Part shown: piece after piece, positions 26,901 to 37,635 of the stretch
Position numbering within the stretch: position 1 is the first letter of the stretch
How the letters are laid out: each line of letters starts with the position of its first letter
DNA from: Mobula hypostoma
Taxonomy: Eukaryota
Reading direction: 5' to 3'
DNA: 64,000 bases
NCBI RefSeq assembly: GCF_963921235.1
Contig: NC_086108.1
Location: forward strand, 8,494,001 to 8,558,000
Notes under the pieces: generated by a model
The model's database searches: none
What the model saw: the letters and a program-made list of their open reading frames with translations, nothing else
Told to the model about the DNA's origin: nothing
Translations under genes and position numbers: made by a program

Positions 26901-27294
26901 GATCAGCAAGCCCTGGCTTGTTAACCTCACTTGCTAACTTCCACCTCTGTCTCAACGATCTAAGCTCTCTCCTCAACCTACTAATCTCCTTCTGGCGCCT
27001 GCTTGGTTGCTGTGTAGGCTTTGCTTTCTTCAACTCAACCAAACCAAACCTGTACTTTCCAACATCGTAAATCATATCGCCCATCACTTCCAACTTTCTC
27101 TTTGATGTTCCCCTGAGAGTGTTCTCCAACATCATACTGATATCCTCATCAAATACACGCCAAGCCTTCTCATCTGCCATTGCTGGCCACTTGACCTTCC
27201 TCTTCTTCTCTACCTCCACACCACAGCCATCATGCGAAGGATCTACCTGGGTACTGTGGTCTGAAACCTGACCTGGGTTATCTCTCGTCTGACT
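23925..27294 (-). mobile_element. Hero-clade non-LTR retrotransposon with restriction-like endonuclease, 5'-truncated and frameshifted
   Basis: ORF pieces 26896-27219, 26383-26775, 25024-26199, 24760-24969, 24212-24871. RT motifs VPGPNGVPY, VVWLDLEN, GIPMGCAISP, AFMDD; CCHC knuckle CAACGEE..QHIFNVC; YTWRHNNVL; endonuclease LRPDIIVWS..IGELTVPWEDNIDEAHERKLTKY. Flanked by TCA at 23922-23924 and 27295-27297. Confidence 0.9.
23971..24089 (-). ncRNA. Candidate permuted hammerhead-like structured RNA with kink-turn in Hero 3' UTR (copy A)
   Basis: Minus strand reads UCACCAGUGGGA-[GGUGGUGC uuua GCACUGCU]-GGCCC-a-CCACCU-C-GA-GGGAG-UC-UUGAUC-auaagc-GGACC-GAAA-CUCCU-GAA-GA-U-AGGUGG-ca-GAUCAA-CUGAUGA-UCCCACUGGUGA. 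Six helices and an intact CUGAUGA / GAAA / GUC core. Confidence 0.7.
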
Positions 27295-28384
27295 TCATAG
27301 GAAGTCATTCCTGCCTGTGGCCATCAAACTTTACAACTCCTCCCTTGGAGGGTCAGACACCCTGAGCCAATAGGCTGGTCCTGGACTTATTTCATGATTT
27401 ACTGGCATAATTTACATATTACTATTTAACTATTTATGATTCTATTACTACTTATTATTTATGGTGCAACTGTAATAAAAACCAATTTCCCCCGGGATCA
27501 ATAAAGTATGACTATGACTATGACTATGACTATGACTATGACTATGACTATGACTATATCGGGATCAATGAAAGATCAACCAGAGTGCAGAAGACAACAA
27601 ACTGCAAATGCAATTATAAATAAATAGCAATAAATAACAAGAACATGAGATAGGGAGTCCTTAAAGTGATATCATTGGTTGTGGGAACATCTCAATGGAT
27701 GGGGCAAGTGAGTGTAGTTATCCCCTTTGTTCAGGAGCCAGATGCTTAGGGAGCAGTAACTGTTCTTGAACCTGGTGGTGAGTCCTGAGGCTCTTGTACC
27801 CTCCTCCTTAATGGCAGCACTGAGAAGAGAGCATAACCTGGGAGGTGGGGATCCCTGATGAGGGGTGCATTTCATGTAGATGTGCTCAATGTTTGGGAGG
27901 GCTTTGCCCATGATGTACGGGGCCAAATCCACTACAAAAGATGTATACTTGAGAGGAATTTTGGAACAATTTCCTGTAGCCCACAGAGAACTGCCAACCG
28001 GTACGTCTTTGGACTGGGGGAGGAAACGCCTTACGGGCAGCAGAGGAAATTGAACCCAGGTCACCTGAACTGTAAAACGTTGTGTGAACTACAACACCAT
28101 CATGCTGCCCTAATTCTAACATAATCATTTTTTAATATATTGCACTGCTGCTGCAAAACAACAAGATACATCATGGTTATTACAGATGATTCTGTTAATA
28201 TTTAGTGCGAGTGAACTAACGTAGTATCTGACTGTGACCATTAGAGGGCAGAGCGGCTCTAGTCAAGGAGGGGAAGTTCCTCATGCCACAGTGCCCGCTG
28301 ATTGGGCAATCTGATGCCAATAGAGGACAATCGTGTGATTGATTGGAAACAAACCAGTGGGTAAATCAATTGGTAAAATTGAGA

Positions 28385-28912
28385 GCCACTTTACTGAAGT
28401 GGAAGGATTCTAATCCACCTACTGTCTTTTATTGGCTTTCCTCCATTATGTCCTGTTTAAGTTTAGAGCAAATAAGAACTCGGATATTTGATACATCCTT
28501 TAAATTTGAGCAAATCTGGCGACCTTTTATTCAATATTTTCATTTAATTTGATTTATTACTCTTCCAATTTTTTTCCGAAGTTTTAGATTTGATCAGAAA
28601 GTCTTTCTGTTTCTTTTCTGGTCATATCCGCAGAATGGACTGCCCAGTCCCTTTTTCTTTGTATAGTGTAGTGAGGTTTTTTTTCTCATTTAAAATTCAA
28701 AGTTTTTTTTTCTTTCCTCTTTACGACCTGATAACAGGAGAATTGCTGTTTTCTTTTTTATTATATATTATACACTAGCTTAATACTATGTATGATTTTG
28801 ATAATGTCTGTTTCAATCTCTGTTTGTATGGTTATTGATATATATATATATTTGAGATAGTTCTCGTTTATATTTATGTTCCTTTTAAATCAATAAAAAG
28901 ATTAATAAAGAA
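28385..28912 (+). mobile_element. L1-clade 3' end (a second copy lies at about 63620-63930, - strand)
   Basis: LLKWKDSNPPT..WL..LEQIR..FEQIWRPFIQYF*; T-rich UTR, AATAAA and A-rich tail. Confidence 0.7.
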
Positions 28913-29039
28913 AGAGGGAGATTGTGAGGGTTAAAGTCTATCTTATTGATCACAGGGAGTCCTCAATGGTTCTGACAACAGGATAGATGCTGCCCTTGGT
29001 CTGTGTTGGCAGGAGGGTGGAGGTTGTTGTATTGGAGGC

Positions 29040-30320
29040 ACCAGCACATAAATGTCATCACAAAGAAGACAAGACAGCACCTTTAGAAGTTTGTGCAGAT
29101 TTGGAATGTCATCTAAAACTTTGACAAACAGTGGAGGGTATCCAGACTGGTTGCATCACAGCCTGGTATGGAAACACCAATGTTCAGTCATGGAAAAGTT
29201 TACAGAAAGTGATGGATACGGCCCGGTCCGTCACAGGCAAAACTCTCCCCACCATTGAACACACTTACAAGCAGTGCTGCCACAAGAAAGCAGCATCCAT
29301 CATCGGGAAGCCTCACCATCCAGAGCATGCTCTCTTCTCACTACTACCATCGGTCACGAGGTACAGGAGCCTCAGGTCCCACACCACCAGGTTCAGGAAC
29401 AGTTATTACCCTACAACCATCAAGTCCCACACGACCTGGTTCAGGAACAGTTATTACCCCACAACCATCAGGCTCCTGAACCAGTGTGGATAACTTCACT
29501 CACCACAATGAGCCTCAGGTCCCACACCACCAGGTTCAGGAACAGTTATTACCCCACAACCATCAGGCTCCTGAACCGCTGTGGATAACTTCACTCACCA
29601 CAATGAGCCTCAGGTCCCACACCACCAGGTTCAGGAACAGTTATTACCCCACGACCATCAGGCTCCTGAACCAATGTGGATAACTTCACTCACCACAATG
29701 AGCCTCAGGTCCCACACCACCAGGTTCAGGAACAGTTATTACCCCACGACCATCAGGCTCCTGAACCGGTGTGGATAACTTCACTCACCACAATGAGCCT
29801 CAGGTCCCACACCACCAGGTTCAGGAACAGTTATTACCCCACAACCATCAGGCTCCTGAACCGGTGTGGATAACTTCACTCACCACAATGAGCCTCAGGT
29901 CCCACACCACCAGGTTCAGGAACAGTTATTACCCCACGACCATCAGGCTCCTGAACCAGTGTGGATAACTTCACTCACCACAATGAGCCTCAGGTCCCAC
30001 ACCACCAGGTTCAGGAACAGTTATTACCCCACGACCATCAGGCTCCTGAACCAGTGTGGATAACTTCACTCACCTCAACTCTGAACTGATTCTATAACCT
30101 ACAGACTCACTTTCAATGACTCTACAACTCATGTTTTCAATATTATTTATTTATTTTTAATTTGCACAATTTGTCTTCTGCACATTGGTTGTTTGTCAGT
30201 CTTTGTATAGATTTTCATAAGTTCTACTGTATTTCTTTATTTTCCTGTAAATGCCTGCAAGAAAATGAATCTCAAGGTAGCACACACTGATGTATACGTA
30301 GTTTGATAATAAGTTTACTT
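29040..30320 (+). mobile_element. Rex1/Babar-type LINE 3' end containing a 95-bp tandem expansion
   Basis: TGCITAWYGN..HHPEHALFSLLPS..RYRSLRSHTTRFRNSYYPTTIRLLN. Many related fragments elsewhere (about 8350-9910, 21930-23300, 27560-27950, 45340-45720, 54050-54790, 58750-59100, 63234-63620). Confidence 0.85.
29365..30073 (+). repeat. 95-bp tandem array (about 7 units)
   Basis: Same unit and junction as the 50.8-kb array. Confidence 0.95.
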
Positions 30321-31359
30321 TGATGTTGACTAATTGTTCTGATTTGTGTGGTCTGGTCAAAACTAGGCAAGCTTCTGCATGATCAGATCAGTGTCAGTCC
30401 TGTAAATGTTTTGGGGCAAGATTTTAGAGCCATGGCCAATTCTGGAACACAGCTCTTCTGTACTAGGATGGGTGTCTGTCTGGTCTTCTGCTGTACTCAG
30501 TGCTCCTAATTCCAACTGCAGTTGGGTTGTAATGATGTTAGCTAAACACAAAGACAACGCTTTTTTTTTAAGCGATGTTTTTTTGTCTGGCTGGAGTCCA
30601 GCTCAGTACAAGTGTCGGTTATTATTGGCATGGATACCAAAGTACAGTGAAAAACTTTATTCTTGTTTATGCACCATCCAGATAGACCATTCCAGACACA
30701 AATACAGCAAGGTAGAATATAGTTGTCTATGGTTCAATGGTTCCATTTAATATCAGAAAATGTATACAGTATACTACCTGAAATTCTTCCTTTTCAAAGT
30801 ATTTTTGGTCTGCAATAGGATGAACAAGTTAAGCCAAACAGGCTTGTGAACTGCTCAGACTCTGCCCCGGTACTGCAGAGTTTGGAACTGAAGCATTCAA
30901 GGAGACCGGATCTGTTAATGGAAGTGTAATATAATAGGGAGGACGTTCCCCTCCCCCATATAATCTATATGTCAAAGCTCAAAGTACATTTATCAAAGTA
31001 TGCACAAACGATACAACCTTGGAGATTTGACTGCTTCCATGCAGCAAAAGCAAGAAACCCTAAAGAACACAGTTTAAAAAAAGACCAACACCCAATGCGC
31101 AGAGAAAGAAAAAAAACACAAATCATGCAAACAGTAAAAATGAGCAACAGCATTCAAAACCAGACTGAGTCCACAGGCGCGATCCCAGAGCAGCCGGTGC
31201 AGGCCCATGGTCTCGGTGTCAGTTCATCTCGCAGCAGAGCAAACTGCCACAAAGCTTGCAGGCACAAAACGTGGAGCAGTGTCACGGTCTCAGACCCAGT
31301 GCCGTGGAGAGCGGAGTTAAACGTGGCAGAGCAGAACCGGCTCGACTCTTGCCTTGAGA

Positions 31360-32350
31360 GTGCAGGAATAGTAGTTCGGTTTTGTTGAGTATCTGCACAT
31401 GTGGGTGTACTGGGTAATGACAGGGCAGATGTTATAGCAAAACAGACACTTACTAAGTCAGAGGTAGGTATTACAGTCAATATCGGAAAGTATGAAGCCA
31501 AATCTTGTATTAAGTTACACACGCAAAATGCTGGGGGAACTCAGCAGGTCAGGCGGCAGCAGCTATGAAAAAGAATAAACAGTCAATATTTCAGGCCAGA
31601 ACCCTTCTTCAGAACTGGAGAGGAAAGGGGAAGAAGCCAAAATAAAGTGAAGGATTGAGAAAGGGCATAAATTGTGGGATAGGAGTGGGACAGGGAGGAG
31701 GTATGAAGTAAAGACGAGGAATTCAGCAGATGCTGGAAATTCAAGCAACACACATCAAAGTTGCTGGTGAATGCAGCAGGCCAGGCAGCATCTCTAGGAA
31801 GAGGTAGAGTCGACGTTTACCCAAAACGTTGACTGTACCTCTTCCTAGAGATGCTGCCAGGCCTGCTGCATTCACCAGCAACTTTGAAGTGTGTTGCAGG
31901 AGGTATTACAATTTGTTTCCATCAGTCCCGGTGAGTTGCCTTTTGGGAAGGAATGGAGGGAAGATGTGTGGTTGGTGAGACTGAGGTTTGGGTATATGAG
32001 TTTGCACTCCACTTTGGCACTTGTTGGTAAGCACGGGAATGAGCGGTGTGGTATTTGTAAGGTCCCAGTCACAGTGGAACTTGTGATCATGGCGTGTCAC
32101 AGATACTCACTGGAAGGTGGGAAGCTGTCCAGGCAATTGTTGGGTAGATCTGGGGCACCTAGCTTGCAGGATCTTCTGGCACCTGAGGCAGGGGTGGTTA
32201 AGTTGTGTAGTGCCCTGGTGAACTTTTTAATTAAAACAAGTTTGGGAGGCAGGATCTGATCCCCATCATGACAGCCTGTCATACTCCTCTACAGTAGGTG
32301 GCGCCAGTGCACCTTCCTGACAAGTGTGAGCCCCATTAGCACAAAAGAAG
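31360..32350 (+). mobile_element. I/Nimb-clade LINE 3' fragment (RNase H + CCHC) interrupted by Penelope fragments
   Basis: VSAHVGVLGNDRADVIAK; RLRFG..CGICKVPVTVELVIMAC; 3' CAGTAGGTGGCG motif. Confidence 0.7.
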
Positions 32351-33348
32351 ACTCACATTCTCGGTTCCGTCTTTTTCATGCAATTAACTTAATGTTTTGA
32401 AGCTACAAATTATTACATAGGACAGAGGATATACAACATGTATGGACAGAGGACATACAACAATTATTACATAGGACAGAGGACATACAACATGTCATTA
32501 CAGAGAAAATTCAGAACACATACAGTATACAACCTGAAATCCTTACTCTCCACAGACATCCACAAAACAGGAAACCCTAAAGAATGAATGATATATCAGA
32601 GCCCCAAAGCCCCTCCTCCCACTCCCACACACAAGGTGCAATGGAAGCATTGCCCCTCCCTCTTCCCCTACCCCCCACTTACCCCAGCCGAGGCACCACC
32701 CCCCTCACCATGCAAGCAATAACAAAAGCCCCCAAAGAGACCTTGATCTAGAGCCAATTAAAAGATACAGTGCACAAACTAACATTTCTGTATCTCAGCC
32801 GGCTCTGTCCCACCACCAGCAAGGGTGCTCCTGCAGTGAGACAGGGAGACCAGCTGCTCACTGTTCTAATCTCACAATCTTCCACGCTGCTTCTCCGAGT
32901 CCCCCGACTTGAGGCCCGAAAGGCTCTCACTCACTATCAAGGGGGGAGGAAAGAGGGTCACTCGAGTGCGGGGGCCTTCTCCTGACAGCAGCGCGATGCT
33001 TCTGTCTCCACAATGTTTCCGTCGGAGAAACTGGTGAGGACTTGGGTCCGGGGCTGCTCCCCGAAGGCAGGCGCTCTTGGAGATATTGAAACGTCGGGTC
33101 ACACGGCCAGAGTGAAAAGCCAACGCTTGTGAAGAACTATAGTTCGAACCGTAGACCACAGACTCCGACACAACCCCAGCCACCTTGAAAAGAAAACAGA
33201 GACATGAGAAAGGAAGAGTAAGCTGTTTTGCAGACGAACTGAAAGAAGTCCCCTGACACCAAGATCAGAATCAGAATTAAGTTTAATATCGTCCACATAT
33301 GTTGCAACAGTTGTTGACTTTTGCAGCAGCAGTACAATGCAATACATA

Positions 33349-36300
33349 TGTAACCACATGACTGTCAGATCTTATTCGGCATCGTTAAAAGTGTACTTAG
33401 GCAGCCATCCAGGTAATGCTAGAGTAGTTGTCTGTGCCTTTAAGGGAGATGGTGATGTCATTACGCAGTGGCGAGACTATTTTGCTTTCTGCTGAAGATG
33501 TGGTAAGGCGTTGGAATTGAGATCTTCCCAGAGTGTGCTGGGCATGGTGAGGAAAGGTGAGCATTAATTGACAATATCCATGTGAATTTGTTTATGCTTG
33601 TTGGTGAATCAAGAACATCCATAATTTGACATGTTTTACATGTGGACGCTTTAGATTTTCACGAGTGAAGAAATCGACGTTGGGTAGCGTGGCTTATACC
33701 AAGTTCCTCACCATCGAAGTAGGATTGCCACTACCGTATTTGTACCGTATTAGTTCTGGTATCTTTTAACACTGCATACACAATTCTGTTCATACACAAG
33801 GGTGTGGATCGAAAGCTAAACTGAGATTGTAATGGCAAGAACTGTTTGTAAATTCATTTGTTTTGTTTCACAACCCTCTTCTGGCACTTAAACATCGAAA
33901 ACCGATAAAGGAATTAAAACCTGAAAAAGTATTTGTTGTCCTGAGCGTGTACTTTTCCCCAGGCTACAAAATCTGGTACCAGGAGTGGGGCTAATTCCAA
34001 GCCAGTTTAGAGGGTCTCTGATTGTTGTATGCGGTATGATTTACAATACCTAATACGGTGGTGGTGAAGACAGGACCGTGTTCCCGTCGGGGGAAGGAGA
34101 GAGCACGGTAGAGCCTTGTGGAGAGCATGCTGGAGCCTCGGGAACAGACCGGGACGTCAGTGACTGACGTCAGGATGCAGAGCGGTGACGTGGACCCCGG
34201 GAACTGCGGGCCGTGAAGCCCTCGCGTTCGCAGCGAAGGACGGCAGCAACTCCCTTTTGCAGGCTTGTGTGAACTTTAAAGACTTGAGCTTTTGCTATGT
34301 CACGCTCAGAGGACACACCAGTTGAACTTGATTTGACCGAACAAATTAGGGAATTGTGTAGTAGATATGATGAAGCCATGGCAACCATAGATAATTTAAG
34401 CAAAAGGTCCTATGTATATGTCCCAAGGGAAAGACACATTGTTCCATTTACAGGGGATGTTGAGAAAGATGGGAGGTCTGTTGATGACTTCATTGAAGAA
34501 GTACAACGTGCACTTCATGGTAGAGATCAGTGTGACCAGGATCAGTATGACTTTGTTATGTCCCTGCTCAGGGGTGCAGCATTAGAGGAAGCACACATGC
34601 GCAGTGATGCTGGGGAAGACCGGGCAGATGACTTGTTCACCTATCTCAGGGAAGCTTTTAGAGACGAGCGTAGTGCACCCCAGCTGTTGCATAGCTTCCA
34701 CAGTCGCAAACAGCGTGAGGGTGAAGATGTCAGAGAGTTTCACATGCCCGAGCCCAAGCTCTTAACTTGACACTGAAGCCCTTCCCCGATGCGGTGACCA
34801 ATGAGAGGGTGGTGCTCAGAGATCAATTTATCGAAGGGATCAGGGATCCATCCCTCAGAAGGGAGCTCCACAGATTCGTGAGGGGTCACCCTGAGTCCTC
34901 AGTGATAGAAGTGAGAGAGGAGGCTCGTCTGTGGCTCGCAGAAGAGCCCCTGGGAAATACAAAGTCTGGAAAGTCGAAGTGTAGCAGTGGCCAGGCACAG
35001 TGCCCGATTCTTAAAGCTCGGGAATCTGAGTCCGTCACACTAGATGACGTCCTTAAAGTGGTCGCAGAGCAGGGCAAAGCCCTTTGTGAATTGACTCAAG
35101 CAGTGAAAGTTCTCACTGTACAGAGGGATTTTACACACACTACTAGTGGCAGACGTAATTTACAGCCCAGGTTCACAGAAGATGGGCAACCAATATGTTT
35201 CAAGTGTCAGGTGGGAGGGCATTTGGCCAAGAATTGCCCACAGAAGCAGGGTGCAATGGAAGTGGAGCCTGCATCCTCCCGCCCTCAAGAGGTTGGGAGT
35301 CGGGCAATTCGGCGGAACCTCACAGATACAGATAATGTACAGCGATCCTGTGACCAGTTGCTGCAACGTGCCATACAGACATGTCCAGTTGTTGAGCTTG
35401 AAACATCAGGTGTTACTATCCGTTGTCTGTTGGACACAGGTAGTCAGGTAAACACCCTGACCGAGCAGTTCTTTAGAGAACATTTGAATGGAGAGGACGA
35501 GGGTACGTTGTCCACTGCTGGCTGGCTTAGGCCAACAGCTGCAAACGGTCTTGATATTCCTTACCTTGGGTATCTAGAGCTAGAGGTTCAAGCAATGGGC
35601 ATGAAGATACCAAATTGTGGCTTTCTAGTAGTCAGGGATCCTGTTGGCACTGAACCACCTGTCCCATGTATTGTAGACATGAACATTATCAGCCAGTGTA
35701 GGCAACTTGTCTATGCAGTGTTTGTCTTCGATGTCCAGTATCGTCCGGTTTGGAGCAATACCGTGGCTGATGCACTCTCTAGGCAGCCATTTGCAGAGGA
35801 GTCTGAGCCTGTCTCAGAGGATGCGGAGTTTGATGGGGCTGTGGCGATCTGTAGTTTGATCAATCGCGGCACTGCCCTTGACCCGGCACTGGTTACCGCT
35901 GGTCTTAACAGCCGTAGGGTTAAGCAGATTCGAGCCTGGGAAGCTGGTACTAGTGAGGTAAATGGTCCGACACAAGGGAACACTCCAACCCTCCCAGATT
36001 ACTCTAAAGGGGACTTGCGTACTTTTCAGCAGCAAGACCCTGTGTTAGGTGTCCTAAGAGACTTGTGGGATCAGAAAAGGAAGCTGAGTGGCCAGGAGCG
36101 TAAAACTCTGCCTAAACCCGTTTTGTCTCTGTTAAAGCATTGGGACAGCATCAGGGAGCGTAAAGGGTTACTGTATAGGGTAGTTGAGGATGAGAAGCTT
36201 AGGGAGTGTTACCAGCTTCTGGTACCAATCAGCTTGAGGAGCAAGGTGTTAGAGTATGTACAAGACTCTGTGGGCCATCAAGTCATAGAACGTACTCTGC

Positions 36301-37573
36301 AGTTGTTAAGAAGCCGATGTTTTTTGGTTGGGCATACATGAGGATGTGGCACGGTGGGTCAAAAATTGTCCACGTTGTGTACTAACTAAGATGCCGCAGC
36401 CTAGGATCCGCCCCCCCCCCTGCCCCCCATGAAGCCATTTCTGGTTTCTAGGCGGCCTGAAGTTGTAGCCGGCAAGTGATGGGTGTGAGAATGTCTTAGT
36501 GGTCACGGACATTTTCACTAAATTTACCCAAGCATTTCCAACTCGGGATCAAAAGGTGGAAACCACAGCAAGGGTGCTCTTGAGCGAATGGTTCATGAAG
36601 TACGCGGTCCCTGAGAGATTGCATTCTGACCAGGGCCGTAACTCCGAAAGTGAGGTCATAGCGGAGCTTTGCAAGCTATACGGGGAAAAGAAAAGCCGTA
36701 CCACACCTCATCATCTACTGGAAACGCGCAGTGCGAGCGTTTCAACAGGACGATGCGTGATTTGTTGCATATGTTGCCTCCAGAAAAGAAGCGCAGATGG
36801 CCAGAACAGACGGTGGACCGGAAACATGACTGGCTAGTCTCAGTTCAGTTCTCTTTAGAGAAGCAGTTAAGGAGGTTAAAAGTACCCTTGTAGTGAGCGA
36901 GTAATCGAGGACGATTACTTGAACGCAGGGGAGAATCTAACCCGGTGACCATCGGATCTTATTCAGTATTGTTAAAAGTGTACTTAGGCAGCCATCCGGG
37001 CAATGCTAGAGTAGTTGTCTGTGCCTTAAGGGAGACGTTGATGTTATTACGCATGCGCAGGATAATGGGGAAACCATTTTGCCTTCTGCTGAAGACGTGG
37101 TAAGGTGTTGGAATTGGGTTCTTCCCAGAGTGTGCTGGGCATGGTGAGGAAAGATTTCCACCAGTGAAGAAATCAACGCTGGGTAGCATGGCTTATAGCA
37201 AGTTCCTCACCATCCAAGCAGGATTGCCACTACCGTATTTGTACCATATTTGTACCGTATTAGTTCTGGTATTTTTATACTGCATATGCAATTCTGTTTA
37301 TACACAAGGGTGTGGATCGAAAGTTAAACTGAGATTGTAACAGCAAGACCTGGTCCTGACGAAGGGTCTCGGCCTGAAACGTCGACTGCACCTCTTCCTA
37401 CAGATGCTGCTTGGCCTGCTGTGTTCACCAGCAACTTTGATGTATGTTGTTTGTAAATTCGTTCGTTTTGTTTCGCGACCCTCTTCTGGTACTTAAACAT
37501 CGGAAACCGATAAAGGAATTAAAACCCGAAAAAGTATTTGTTGTCCTGAGTGTGTACTTTTCCCCAGACTACA
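33349..37573 (+). mobile_element. Gypsy/Ty3 LTR retrotransposon, internally deleted (no RT)
   Basis: 5' LTR 33349-33968 (TG..CA); 3' LTR 36936-37573; TSD CATA (33345-33348, 37574-37577); PBS TGGTACCAGGAGTGGGG 33974-33990; PPT about 36925-36935. PNMA-like gag 34297-, CCHC CFKCQVGGHLAKNC, protease LLDTGSQV, RNase H tail FDVQYRP..ADALSR, integrase [26 protein letters not shown]. Confidence 0.95.
37352..37388 (+). ncRNA. Minimal type I hammerhead in a Penelope fragment (about 37352-37447) inserted in the Gypsy 3' LTR
   Basis: GGUC-CUGACGA-AGG gucucgg CCU-GAAA-CG-UC-GACU; this segment is absent from the 5' LTR. Confidence 0.8.
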
Positions 37574-37635
37574 CATAAAAACAGAGAGGAAAAACTGTGA
37601 ATTAGAATAAGTGTGTATATATATATATATAATAA

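Larger units (their letters stand above)
23524..27557 (+). mobile_element. Rex1/Babar-type LINE 3' part, split by the Hero insertion (23524-23924 and 27295-27557)
   Basis: KKGQSHLYFLRRLRSF..MFYESVVASAIMFAVVCWG..HPLHNVL..RCSTER continues after Hero as HRKSFLPVAIKLYN; ends with AATAAA and a (CTATGA)n tail. Confidence 0.85.

Noticed and set aside
34297..36341. Domesticated PNMA-like gene
   Set aside because: Sits between LTRs with a TSD and is frameshifted; an ordinary retroelement.
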